64,000 nt of DNA, taken from Nibricoccus sp. GTDB lineage: Bacteria; Verrucomicrobiota; Verrucomicrobiia; Opitutales; Opitutaceae. Of this stretch, positions 53,578 to 62,604 are shown piece by piece (position 1 is the first letter of the stretch; each line of letters begins with the position of its first letter). The notes under the pieces are model-generated. The model was given only the letters and a program-made list of their open reading frames with translations. It did no database searches and was not told where the DNA came from. Both the position numbers and the translations under genes were made by a program. The stretch lies in the NCBI GenBank assembly GCA_047602425.1, contig JASGHG010000001.1, positions 4,160,001 to 4,224,000 of the forward strand, read 5' to 3'.

Positions 53578-55449
53578 CTATGGCAACGTGGGCTTTCGTC
53601 TACCCAAGAGCGGAAAGACGGTCAACGCGATGCTGATAAAAAAGAAAAGAGAAGCGGCGGCACGCAGCCAAGGAGCGACCGCGATGGCTCGGAAGGCGAG
53701 CAGGCTGAGGCGAGCCCACTCCGCTGGATTGGAGAAAGTGACGGTTCGGTCTTGATCGCAATGAGCAATCACGCGGAAAGGTTTGCCGGGATTTTTTATC
53801 CAAGCGATGCGGCGGCGTCCATTGGACTCAAAGGCGTGGTTTGTTATCGGTAGCTTTTGGCCCTCGCTGGTTTCTATGAAAAGTTCGCCATTTTTCAGGC
53901 CTGATGAGAGCGGAAGTTCAAACCTGAGATAAGGATATTGGCTTTGGAGGGGCAAGCTGACGAAGGTGCATGCCGGGAGGTTTGGCTTGGAGGAAATGCT
54001 CCATAGGGTGTCGGTATTGGTTTGGGTGGGGATTTTGTTGGCAAAATCGAAACCCGTCGTGCGAGAAGGGTCCGGAACGAGGGCGATTTTTTTGCGGACC
54101 GAGGCGGGAAGTATTTCCACCAACCGTGGCGAGCTTAGGACTTTTTCCAATCGCTCCGGCAGATAGTGCGGCAGTTCGGTCCACGGTTGCGCAGTCGAGA
54201 GCGAGACGGTTTTGCCTGAGACATAATTTTGGATGGTGGCCTCACGATTTGCATTCAATGAACCGAGAGCCTGAAGATGGCTTACGTAGAATACTTTAGT
54301 CGCAACGGAAAGCTCGCGACGAAGCGTGGCGAACCAAAGAACTGAAAGAAACGCGCAGACAATCAGCACGAATTTATTCAGCTGTTTTGAGACCGAAAAA
54401 ATCCACAACCAGGAAAGCAAACCGGCCAGTAAAAGGACACTCAGCGTATCGAAATACCTTGGAGAAAGGCCATTTTGCTCACCGCCGCGCGCATATGCCA
54501 GTAACACTATTTGCACGCTCCACCAAACCGAGATTCCGACGATCAAAGTGGCGAGTCTGTCGGTCATTTTTCCGACCCACCATCGCAGCGTTACGATGAA
54601 TACAGGGGCGAGGAAGAGTCCGGCAGACAACGCGAGCCGGAAATTGGTTTTGGTCACGCGGGTCGGCCAGGAAGCGAGGGCCAGCAGCGATTGAAAAAAA
54701 TTCTCCCAAGAATGGGCGCGCAGGGTTTCATGAATCGGCACGGAAGCCCGCAAAAAAAATCCGGCGACCACAACCAACGCGCACCACCCAAGGCCGGCCC
54801 ACTCCAATGCCGAGGGTTTGCGGCGGTCGACGAAGAGCCGCATAACGGTGATGAGCATGACCACTAGCGAGGAGGTGAAGCCGGAGGCCATCGCGAAAAG
54901 CCCGGCTGCTCCGGCAAGATGGCCAAGGTACCAGCCCAAGCTGCCGGGTCGGCACAACGTGGCGCCGGCAATATTCCACCCAGAGAACAACAAGATGAAA
55001 TAAAACTGGGACTGAAAGGCGGCCAGTGTGTTTTCCGCGTAAATAGGCAGGCTCAGAAGTGCGGCGGTGCCGACGGCGAAAAGGATGAGCGGGATTGAGG
55101 AGAGCCAGCGCGCCAGAAAGGCGACGAAGGCGGCGACAAGCGCGGCATGGAAAAGGGCGTTGACCACCGTTTGCAGGCGCGCGTCCCATTGGTCGTTCAA
55201 CGCGAGGAGGTCGAGGGAAAGGGCCCGCGTGAACACGATGCGGTGTTCGTTATGAGCGGTGAAGAAATCAGCGGGAGAAAGCCGGTTTTCCAACCAGGGA
55301 ACGTAGATATCGCGCGCCTCACCGTCCCATTGGTCGGCGAAGGGAAGGTCGGTACCGTAGTCTGCAATTAAGGTAAACTTCGTGCCAACCAGCCAAAAAA
55401 ACAATGCGATGCAAAGCCAGAACGCAGGGCGGCGAAGCAAATTAGGCAT
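53578..55449 (-). CDS. Polytopic membrane protein, GT-C-like candidate
   Basis: First loop DLPFADQWD...HNEHR, about 12 TMs, SPRY motif and a C-terminal soluble domain. Confidence 0.6.
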   Translation of the reverse strand: MPNLLRRPAFWLCIALFFWLVGTKFTLIADYGTDLPFADQWDGEARDIYVPWLENRLSPADFFTAHNEHRIVFTRALSLDLLALNDQWDARLQTVVNALFHAALVAAFVAFLARWLSSIPLILFAVGTAALLSLPIYAENTLAAFQSQFYFILLFSGWNIAGATLCRPGSLGWYLGHLAGAAGLFAMASGFTSSLVVMLITVMRLFVDRRKPSALEWAGLGWCALVVVAGFFLRASVPIHETLRAHSWENFFQSLLALASWPTRVTKTNFRLALSAGLFLAPVFIVTLRWWVGKMTDRLATLIVGISVWWSVQIVLLAYARGGEQNGLSPRYFDTLSVLLLAGLLSWLWIFSVSKQLNKFVLIVCAFLSVLWFATLRRELSVATKVFYVSHLQALGSLNANREATIQNYVSGKTVSLSTAQPWTELPHYLPERLEKVLSSPRLVEILPASVRKKIALVPDPSRTTGFDFANKIPTQTNTDTLWSISSKPNLPACTFVSLPLQSQYPYLRFELPLSSGLKNGELFIETSEGQKLPITNHAFESNGRRRIAWIKNPGKPFRVIAHCDQDRTVTFSNPAEWARLSLLAFRAIAVAPWLRAAASLFFFISIALTVFPLLGRRKPTLP

Positions 55450-55769
55450 GATATTTGGTTAAACAGGAGCCGGATTCGTCGGATGGCAACGAGTGCACGT
55501 GGATGGTTGCGGAGAATAGCCGCAGTTGGCCGAGACCTGAACCGCACAGAAAGGTTCGCACAAAGTGACGCCGGTCCTTGAAATCGATCGGTTTGGACGA
55601 ACCGGTACCAAAGACGATTTTTGCCATGAAGGCTAGAAAGGAGGAAAAACCGCCGTTGTAAACCTTGGCGTGGAATGGGGCGTTAGCGCACGGAACCGGT
55701 AAAGAACGCCAAGAACTGTTGCTTCCTTGAACGTTGAAGGAATGCCCAAGCAGGTTCAGCGCATGCAAA

Positions 55770-57362
55770 CTAGTCTTCGATCGTGATCTGCTTGTAGGAG
55801 TACTGGTCGAGGAGGTTGGGATAGAGTCCTTTGACTTTGGGATTCAGAGCGAAGGGACGGGTGTAGTGATAGATTGGAATGATGGGGCACTCGTCGACCA
55901 AAATGGCATCCATTTTTTGGTAGATTTCAAAGCGTTCGGTTTCATCTTTTGCGGCAAGCGAGGCCTTGTAAAGTCGATCGTACTCGGCGTTGGACCAACC
56001 CGTTTGGTTGTTGCCGTTCCATGAGGTCCAAATTTCGAGGAACGTATTGGGATCGACGTAGTCGGCCACCCAGCCAGCGCGAGCCATCTGATAATTGAGC
56101 GTGATTTGCGAGTCCTGATAGACAGTCCACTCCTGATTCTGGAGATTGATTTCGACGCCGAGCTGGGTGCGCCACATGGCTTGCACAGCCTCGGCAATTG
56201 CGCGGTGGCCATCGTGCGTATTGTACAGTAGCGTGATAGGTGGAAAGCCTTTGCCGCCGGGATAGCCGGCTTCTGCGAGGAGGCGCTTCGCTTCGGTGAG
56301 TTCACCGTCTAGTTTGGCGCGCGGCGTGTACCCCGCGGTGCCGGGATAGCTCAGGGCGTAGGCAGGGATCTGTCCGGCACGCGTGACATTTTTCACCAGC
56401 GACTCACGATTGACGGCGAGGGCGAGGGCCTTGCGCACGCGTTTGTCGTTAAGCGGTGGTTTGGTAACGTTGCAGCGGTAGAAATAAACAGCGAGGAGCG
56501 GGCCGGTTTGAAAGGCTTCCGGATATTTCTTCCGGTAGACATCGATTTTCGAGATCGGGAGTTCGTTGGTTTTGTCGAGCTGACCGGAACGGAACATGCG
56601 TTCCTCGTTATTGAGATCCTCGGTGGCGTGGAATTCGATGGCATCGAGCTTGATGTTTGCGGCATCCCAGTAGTTTGGGTTGCGGACGACGACGAGTTTT
56701 TGGTTCGGCAACCATTCCGAGAGCATGAAGGGACCGCTGCAGACGAACCGGCCTGGCTTGGTCCAGTCGGTATTGCGCGAATCGAGGGGGCCATATTTTT
56801 CAATAACCTTGGTCGGTATCGCGAACCATGCATAGTGGCATGCGATGATTTTGAGGAGGAACGGAGTGGGATGGACGAGGCGGACCTCCAACGTAAGAGG
56901 GTCGATAGCCTTGAAGCCGACTTGGGAAAAATCCTTGATATCGCCTTTATAGTACGCGAGGGCGCCTTCGACGTAGTCGTAGAGCATATTGGCATACTCG
57001 GATGCGAGCGCGGAAGTGAGCATGCGCTTGTATGATTGGACGAAATCGTCGGCGGTGAGAGGCGCGCCATCGGACCACTTCAGGCCAGGACGCAGGTGAA
57101 AAGTGTAGACGAGGCCGTCGGCGGAAATATCCCACTTGTGCGCAAGGCCGGGGACGGGATGGAGATCTTTCGGATCTATTGTGACGAGGCCTTCAAAAAG
57201 GGACGTCAGAATGTGGTGTTCAGGGACACCGCTGACCGCATGAGGATCGATACCTTTGGGCTCGGTGCCGTTGCCGATGCGAAAAACCATCGGGGGCTTG
57301 GCGAGGGCGACGGTGGAAAGAAAAGCGAGTAAGAGCGAGCAGAGGACGGAACGGATTGGCAT
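55770..57362 (-). CDS. oppA: Oligopeptide ABC transporter substrate-binding protein (family 5)
   Basis: EP..IDP, LFEGLV, W.IS.DGL.YTF.LR...KWSDG, GPF.L..W, N.NYWD and R.GW.ADY.DP. Start set at the ATG at 57362. Confidence 0.92.
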   Translation of the reverse strand: MPIRSVLCSLLLAFLSTVALAKPPMVFRIGNGTEPKGIDPHAVSGVPEHHILTSLFEGLVTIDPKDLHPVPGLAHKWDISADGLVYTFHLRPGLKWSDGAPLTADDFVQSYKRMLTSALASEYANMLYDYVEGALAYYKGDIKDFSQVGFKAIDPLTLEVRLVHPTPFLLKIIACHYAWFAIPTKVIEKYGPLDSRNTDWTKPGRFVCSGPFMLSEWLPNQKLVVVRNPNYWDAANIKLDAIEFHATEDLNNEERMFRSGQLDKTNELPISKIDVYRKKYPEAFQTGPLLAVYFYRCNVTKPPLNDKRVRKALALAVNRESLVKNVTRAGQIPAYALSYPGTAGYTPRAKLDGELTEAKRLLAEAGYPGGKGFPPITLLYNTHDGHRAIAEAVQAMWRTQLGVEINLQNQEWTVYQDSQITLNYQMARAGWVADYVDPNTFLEIWTSWNGNNQTGWSNAEYDRLYKASLAAKDETERFEIYQKMDAILVDECPIIPIYHYTRPFALNPKVKGLYPNLLDQYSYKQITIED

Positions 57363-57402
57363 GCGAGAAAAGTCGAGCATAAGGCGCGCCGCGGCAAATG
57401 AA

Positions 57403-59403
57403 TCACTTGTTTTCCAAGTACACGTATTTGTAGGGGTGGTGGTCCAAAAGCGTGGGGTGCCAGCCTTTGACCGAGGGCTGAAGCAGGAAAACGTGCGTGT
57501 AGTGGTAAATGGGTATGAACGGAGCATCGTCGAGAACGAGCGCCTCGGCTTTCTGAAAGAGGGCGTCGCGGGTGGCTGAGTTACTGGTTCGGGCGGCTTC
57601 GAAAAGAAGTTGATCGAAGAGCGGATTTTTCCAACCGGTGAAATTGTTGCCACTATCGGAAGTCCAGATGCTGAGGAAGCTGAGGGGATCAATCGTATCG
57701 CCGATCCAGACGGAACGTAGAATTTGGAACGAGCCAGTGGTTCGGACTGCGAGCATGCTGCCATTTTCCTGGTTGCTCAGGCGGACTTCGAGGCCGAGTT
57801 CGCGGCGCCACATTTCCTGAATGGACTCGGCAACGGCGCGATGGCTTTCGGACGTGTTGAAAAGAAGTTCGATGGGCGGGGCGCCCTTGCCGCCGGGATA
57901 GCCTGCTTCAGTGAGGAGTGCGCGCGCGGCGTCGGCATCGGTCGGGATTTGAGTGGCAGGTGTATAGCCCGCGGTGCCGGGAGGAACGAATGCGCGCGCG
58001 GGAATCTGGCCGGCACGGAGGATTTTGTTGACGATGGCATCGCGATCTACGGCAAGCGAAAGGGCGCGACGCACGCGTCGGTCATTGAGGAAGGGGCGGT
58101 TGACGTTGATGCGGTAGAACTCGGTGCCGAGGAGCGTGTCGACGCGCAGGCGGCGTTGAGGATCGTCTCTCCACACATCGGCTTTGCCGGGTGGCAACGA
58201 CTCGGTGACATGCAACTGGTCGGAACGGAAGGCGCGCTCCTCGGTCTCGCGGCTTTCGCCGGCGTGGAGGTGGATTTCCTTCAGGCGAACGGTTGCGGCA
58301 TCCCAATAGAACGGCGACTTCACGAGGATCATCCGCTGGTTGAGATTCCATTCCTTGAGGGTGAAGGGGCCGTTGGAGACGATGTTGCCGGGCTTGGTCC
58401 ACGTATTGGCGCGGTCGTGCAGCGGACCATGTTTTTCGATGGTCGGCGTGTGCACCGGCATGAACGGAGCGAGCGTGAGGAGCGACAGAAAATTGCGCTC
58501 GGTGTGTTCGAGTTTGATCTGGAGAGTATGGGCATCGATTGCGGAAACGCCGACTTGGGAGAAATCGGCGAGTTTACCTTTATGAAAAGGTTCGGCTTGT
58601 TCGATGACGTAGAGCAAGCTCGCATAGTGCGCGCCGAGCGGGGCGGTGAGAATACGTTTGAAGGAGGCGACAAAATCCTGGGCCGTGACAGGTTCGCCGT
58701 TGGACCATTTGGCATTGGCGCGGAGGTGAAAAATGTAGCGCAGGCCGTCGGGAGAGATGTCCCAACTCTCGGCGACGCCGGGCACGGGGTGCAGGTCGAC
58801 GGGATCCTCGGTGACGAGCCCTTCGAATAGCGCATGGAGTGCGGCGTAATCGTTGGCTACGGTCGATAGTTGGGGATCGAGCTGCGAGATGTCGGGGCTG
58901 ATACCACGATGGAGAATTTGCTCGCGATTGCCGCGCTGGACAGGTGTCTCGCGCGGGGAGCAGGCGGCGAAGAGAAGAAGGGCTGAAAGGCTGAAGAGCT
59001 GAAGGGCGGATGCCAGAGGTCGGAAGCCGGAGGCCAGATGCCGGAGAATAGCGGGCTGGCGGAGCACGGTAGTGCGGAGGTGGTGAGCCGCGCGGTTTGC
59101 GTCAAGCGGCTCGCCCGAAGCGAAGCGGAGGGTTGTCGTAGCGGGCGCCCTCTGGGCGCGACGACAACAAAGGCTGAAGAGCTGAAGGGCGGATGCCAGA
59201 GGTCGGAAGCCGGAGGCCAGATGCCGGAAGCCGGAAATCGGAAGTCGGAAGTCGGAAGACTGGCGGAGCATGGTGGCGCGGAGCTGACGAGCCATGCGGT
59301 TTGCGTCATGGGGCTTGCTTAAGGCGAAACTTTCTTCGGCACGACGATGGCAAAGATGGAAAGGCTGAAGGGCCGAGAGGAGACGGCGGAGGCGGACAGG
59401 CAT
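57403..59403 (-). CDS. oppA: Oligopeptide-binding lipoprotein (family 5) with a repeat-expanded N-terminus; true start uncertain
   Basis: Lipobox LFAAC, LFEGLV, KWSNG.PVTA.DF and NGPF.L.EW; the roughly 130 codons upstream are repeat-derived. Confidence 0.85.
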   Translation of the reverse strand: MPVRLRRLLSALQPFHLCHRRAEESFALSKPHDANRMARQLRATMLRQSSDFRLPISGFRHLASGFRPLASALQLFSLCCRRAQRAPATTTLRFASGEPLDANRAAHHLRTTVLRQPAILRHLASGFRPLASALQLFSLSALLLFAACSPRETPVQRGNREQILHRGISPDISQLDPQLSTVANDYAALHALFEGLVTEDPVDLHPVPGVAESWDISPDGLRYIFHLRANAKWSNGEPVTAQDFVASFKRILTAPLGAHYASLLYVIEQAEPFHKGKLADFSQVGVSAIDAHTLQIKLEHTERNFLSLLTLAPFMPVHTPTIEKHGPLHDRANTWTKPGNIVSNGPFTLKEWNLNQRMILVKSPFYWDAATVRLKEIHLHAGESRETEERAFRSDQLHVTESLPPGKADVWRDDPQRRLRVDTLLGTEFYRINVNRPFLNDRRVRRALSLAVDRDAIVNKILRAGQIPARAFVPPGTAGYTPATQIPTDADAARALLTEAGYPGGKGAPPIELLFNTSESHRAVAESIQEMWRRELGLEVRLSNQENGSMLAVRTTGSFQILRSVWIGDTIDPLSFLSIWTSDSGNNFTGWKNPLFDQLLFEAARTSNSATRDALFQKAEALVLDDAPFIPIYHYTHVFLLQPSVKGWHPTLLDHHPYKYVYLENK
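58986..59372. repeat. Tandem duplication (about 183-204-bp unit) containing 7-bp arrays
   Basis: 60 bp identical at 58986-59045 and 59169-59228; a second block similar at 59056-59104 and 59260-59308; partial third copy near 59343-59372. Confidence 0.9.
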
Positions 59404-59412
59404 GGGCGGAGA

Positions 59413-59892
59413 TTACTTTTTTTCGATCAAGCAGACGGCGTGCGCGGCGATGGCGAGGCCGCGGCCGATTTCGTCGATGCCTTCATTGGTCGTGGCTTTG
59501 AGGCCAATGCACTCGATGGGCAGGCCGGTGGAGGCGGCGAGGGCGGACTTCATTGCAGCAAGTTGCGGATAGATTTTTGGTTTTTCGGCAATGAGTGACG
59601 CGTCGATGTTGACGGGAGCGAAGCGTCGCTCGCGGAGAGCAGCGATCACGCGCTGGAGCAAGATCTGCGAATCGATATTTTTGTAGGCGGGATCGTGGTT
59701 TGGGAAAAAATGTCCGATGTCCGGAAGCCCCGCTGCACCGAGAAGTGCATCGCAAATGGCGTGGGTGAGGCAATCAGCGTCGGAATGGCCTTCGAGGCCG
59801 TAATCGACGTCGAATTTCACGCCGCCCAGGATCATGGGGCGTCCGCTGACGATGCGGTGAATATCGTAGCCGTGGCCGATGCGAAAGTTCAT
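59413..59892 (-). CDS. ispF: 2-C-methyl-D-erythritol 2,4-cyclodiphosphate synthase
   Basis: RIGHGYDIH, GHSDAD, HAICDALLGA..L.DIG.FP and KATTNE. Confidence 0.97.
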   Translation of the reverse strand: MNFRIGHGYDIHRIVSGRPMILGGVKFDVDYGLEGHSDADCLTHAICDALLGAAGLPDIGHFFPNHDPAYKNIDSQILLQRVIAALRERRFAPVNIDASLIAEKPKIYPQLAAMKSALAASTGLPIECIGLKATTNEGIDEIGRGLAIAAHAVCLIEKK

Positions 59893-59921
59893 GCGGAAGA
59901 TGCGGAGGCGGAGAATTTTTT

Positions 59922-59949
59922 AACCACGGATTTCACGGATGACACGGAT
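59922..59949. repeat. Solo arm of a 9-nt-unit repeat
   Basis: aac-cacggattt-cacggatga-cacggat; same TTTTAACC lead-in and 9-nt period as the 5992 element. Confidence 0.65.
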
Positions 59950-59994
59950 GGAAAGGCGTCCCGCTTCCTTGCGACGTGTTAGGGATCACGCGCC

Positions 59995-60672
59995 CTACCT
60001 CTGCGGATTCGCGAGCAGAAACTCCAAATACGCAAGGTCGGCCGGAGTGGTCAGCTTGGGGTTCGCGGTCGCGTTTTCGAGGAGGGCGACCGGGTGGTTG
60101 AGCAACTCGACGGCCGCGGCGTCGTCGGTGATGGAAAGTTCTTTTTCAACCACGCGGGCATAGGCGCGAGTGATGAGTTCTCGGGTAAAAACCTGCGGTG
60201 TCTCCATCGCCCAAAGATGTTCGCGATCGACGGTCTTGAGATGGCCGTTGCCAGAGTGCTGCTTTATGGTGTCGGTGACACGATGGGCCAGCACGGCGGC
60301 ATTCTCAATCTGGACGATTTTTAGGAGCGCAACGAGTTGTTCGGCTTTGATGAGTGGCCGGGCGCAGTCATGAATAAAAACATGGCCGATATCGGACGGC
60401 AGCGCCTCGAGGGCGTTGGCGACCGAGTGCTGGCGTTCGCGGCCGCCTTTCACGAAGACGGAGGGCGTGGGCGCATAGGCGGACAGTTCGGTCATCTGGC
60501 GCTGATCGCGGTAGACGATGGCGTAGAAATCGGCGACCCCGCTTTCGAGAAATGCGGCGACAGAATGCGCGAAGACGGGTTTGTCGGCGAGCGGGGCGAG
60601 CACCTTGTCGGTGACGAGGCCCTGCATGCGGCGCCCGCTACCGGCGGCGAGGAGAATGGCGGCGTTTCTCAT
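59995..60672 (-). CDS. ispD: 2-C-methyl-D-erythritol 4-phosphate cytidylyltransferase
   Basis: LAAGSGRRM, GGRERQ.SV, IHDCARP, TPQ.F, TDDA and N.KLTT..DL. Confidence 0.96.
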   Translation of the reverse strand: MRNAAILLAAGSGRRMQGLVTDKVLAPLADKPVFAHSVAAFLESGVADFYAIVYRDQRQMTELSAYAPTPSVFVKGGRERQHSVANALEALPSDIGHVFIHDCARPLIKAEQLVALLKIVQIENAAVLAHRVTDTIKQHSGNGHLKTVDREHLWAMETPQVFTRELITRAYARVVEKELSITDDAAAVELLNHPVALLENATANPKLTTPADLAYLEFLLANPQR

Positions 60673-60693
60673 GGGGTATTTGAGGAAATTGGC

Positions 60694-61395
60694 TCAGGCT
60701 TTCAGTTCGGCAAGGATGGCGCGCGCAGCGGCGGCGGGGTCCTTGGCTTTGAGAATGGGACGTCCGACAACGATGTAGCTTGCGCCGGCGGCGGCGGCTT
60801 CGGCGGGGCTCAGAACGCGTTTCTGGTCGTCGGAAGTCGGGTCGTTGGCGGGACGTATGCCGGGTGTGATGAGTTTGACCCCCGGATTCAGGATGAATTG
60901 GCGCCGGAGTGCGGCGACTTCGAGCGGCGAGCAGACGAGTCCGTTGAGGCCGGAGTCGACGGCGAGGTGCGCGAGGCGTGCGACTTGGGCGTCGGGTGTG
61001 TTGGTGACGCCGACTTCGCGCAGGCCCAGAGCGTCGAACGAAGTGAGCACCGTGACACCAAGAAGAAGCAGATCGGGTTTGGTGGCTTGCTGGGCTTCCT
61101 TGGCGGCGGTCATCATTTCACGTCCGCCGCTCGTGTGCAGTGTCAGCATGCCAATGGGGAGCGGCGCAAGGGATTCGATGGCTTTGGCGACGGTATTGGG
61201 AATGTCGTGGAGCTTGAGATCGAGGAAGATGTTGAAACCATCGTCGGCAATGGACTTCACGTAATCGGGACCATAGGCAGTGAACATTTGGAGGCCGATT
61301 TTAACCCAGCGAAGATTGCCGCGTAGTTGGCGGAGGATCGGAGCGGCTTGTTCGCGAGTGGGGACGTCGAGGGCGAGGATGAGATCGCAAGGCAT
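60694..61395 (-). CDS. pyrF: Orotidine-5'-phosphate decarboxylase
   Basis: LALD, KIG, FLDLKLHDIPNT, VTVLTS, TPGIR, DDQ.R and VVGRPI. Start set at the ATG at 61395. Confidence 0.97.
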   Translation of the reverse strand: MPCDLILALDVPTREQAAPILRQLRGNLRWVKIGLQMFTAYGPDYVKSIADDGFNIFLDLKLHDIPNTVAKAIESLAPLPIGMLTLHTSGGREMMTAAKEAQQATKPDLLLLGVTVLTSFDALGLREVGVTNTPDAQVARLAHLAVDSGLNGLVCSPLEVAALRRQFILNPGVKLITPGIRPANDPTSDDQKRVLSPAEAAAAGASYIVVGRPILKAKDPAAAARAILAELKA

Positions 61396-61639
61396 AATAT
61401 TATCCACGTACTGCACACCTAAATGCGGCGGAGCGGAAGAAGAAAAACAGGGTGGGGAACGGCGGAAAACTCGTAACGTTTAATTTTTCAACGCTGAACA
61501 TGCCAGTTGTGGACGAAGTAGCGAAGCCATCGAGATGGCAAAGAAGCGGGAATGCGGCGGATTTCCGGGGTGGCACGGCGCGAAGACGTCGTGATTTTAG
61601 CGCTTTTCAAAGGTAGGGCGGGCGGCGCAAAGTGGCGAC

Positions 61640-62530
61640 GTGTCTCCTGTCGTCATTTTTTCACCGGCCAAACTGAACCTCCTCCTCGCGATCACTGGGC
61701 GGCGTGCGGACGGTTTTCACGATTTGGTGTCGGTTGTGGCGCCGGTGAAATTTGGCGACACATTGCAAGCCCACGCGACCGACGACGGCAAGTTCACGCT
61801 TGAGTGCAACGATCCAGCGGTGCCGTTGGACGACACGAACCTCATTTTACGCGCGGCGAAGCTGTTTCGAGAAGCTGCGGCCCTGCCGACCGAGCGCGGC
61901 GTGCGTTTCAAATTGGATAAACGAATCCCCATGGGGGCGGGCCTCGGCGGGGGGAGCAGCAATGCGGTGGCGGCCTTGCAGGCATTGAACCAACTTGCTC
62001 CAAAGCCGCTCGCGAAGGATGTGCTGCTAAATTTGGCGGTAAAACTTGGATCGGATTGCGCGTTATTTTTGCATGCGGCTCCTGTGGTCATACGAGGCCG
62101 GGGCGAAAACGTGGAGCGATTGCCGTCTTCAGCGGCTGCGCGTTTGAGCGGGCGGCGCGTGATGATTTTCAAGCCGGGTTTTGGGATCGCGACGGCTTGG
62201 GCCTACGGTCGGATGGCGGCGGGCGCGCCGGGAAGTTATCTAGCGCCGAACGAAGCAGAGGCAAAACTGGCGCATTGGATTTCATCGGGAGATTCAGCGG
62301 AAACTCTTCTCTTCAACAACATGGAGCGACCGGCGTTTGCCAAATACATCGCGTTGCCCGCGCTGCTGGAAAAATTGCGCACTGAATTCAGCCTCGCGGT
62401 GGCGATGAGCGGAAGTGGGAGCGCCTGTTTTGCATTGTTGCGGGAAAACACGCCATTGGACGCGGTGGTCAAATGCGTGCGTGAAGCGTGGGGCATGCAT
62501 ACTTTCATTCTGGATACAGAAATCGTTTGA
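61640..62530 (+). CDS. ispE: 4-diphosphocytidyl-2-C-methyl-D-erythritol kinase
   Basis: PAKLNL.L.I..RR.DGFH, KRIPMGAGLGGGSSNA, LGSD and MSGSGS. Confidence 0.96.
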   Translation: MSPVVIFSPAKLNLLLAITGRRADGFHDLVSVVAPVKFGDTLQAHATDDGKFTLECNDPAVPLDDTNLILRAAKLFREAAALPTERGVRFKLDKRIPMGAGLGGGSSNAVAALQALNQLAPKPLAKDVLLNLAVKLGSDCALFLHAAPVVIRGRGENVERLPSSAAARLSGRRVMIFKPGFGIATAWAYGRMAAGAPGSYLAPNEAEAKLAHWISSGDSAETLLFNNMERPAFAKYIALPALLEKLRTEFSLAVAMSGSGSACFALLRENTPLDAVVKCVREAWGMHTFILDTEIV

Positions 62531-62604
62531 CCAAATACGGCGGTAACAGGTTATCCTCAAGCGCGGCCGGTAGTTGCTAATCGCGCCGCACCCAAAACAA
62601 CTTC

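Noticed and set aside
55442..55768. 108-aa ORF between oppA and the GT-C-like gene
   Set aside because: No motif, atypical composition and no supporting signals.
57363..57764. Fusion or long N-terminal extension of the 55770 oppA
   Set aside because: It overlaps the upstream oppA in another frame, and each gene has its own signal peptide.
59413..62530. ispD/ispF/ispE clustering with pyrF as a novel pathway
   Set aside because: Ordinary housekeeping genes; ispD-ispF linkage is common and nothing suggests a functional link to pyrF.
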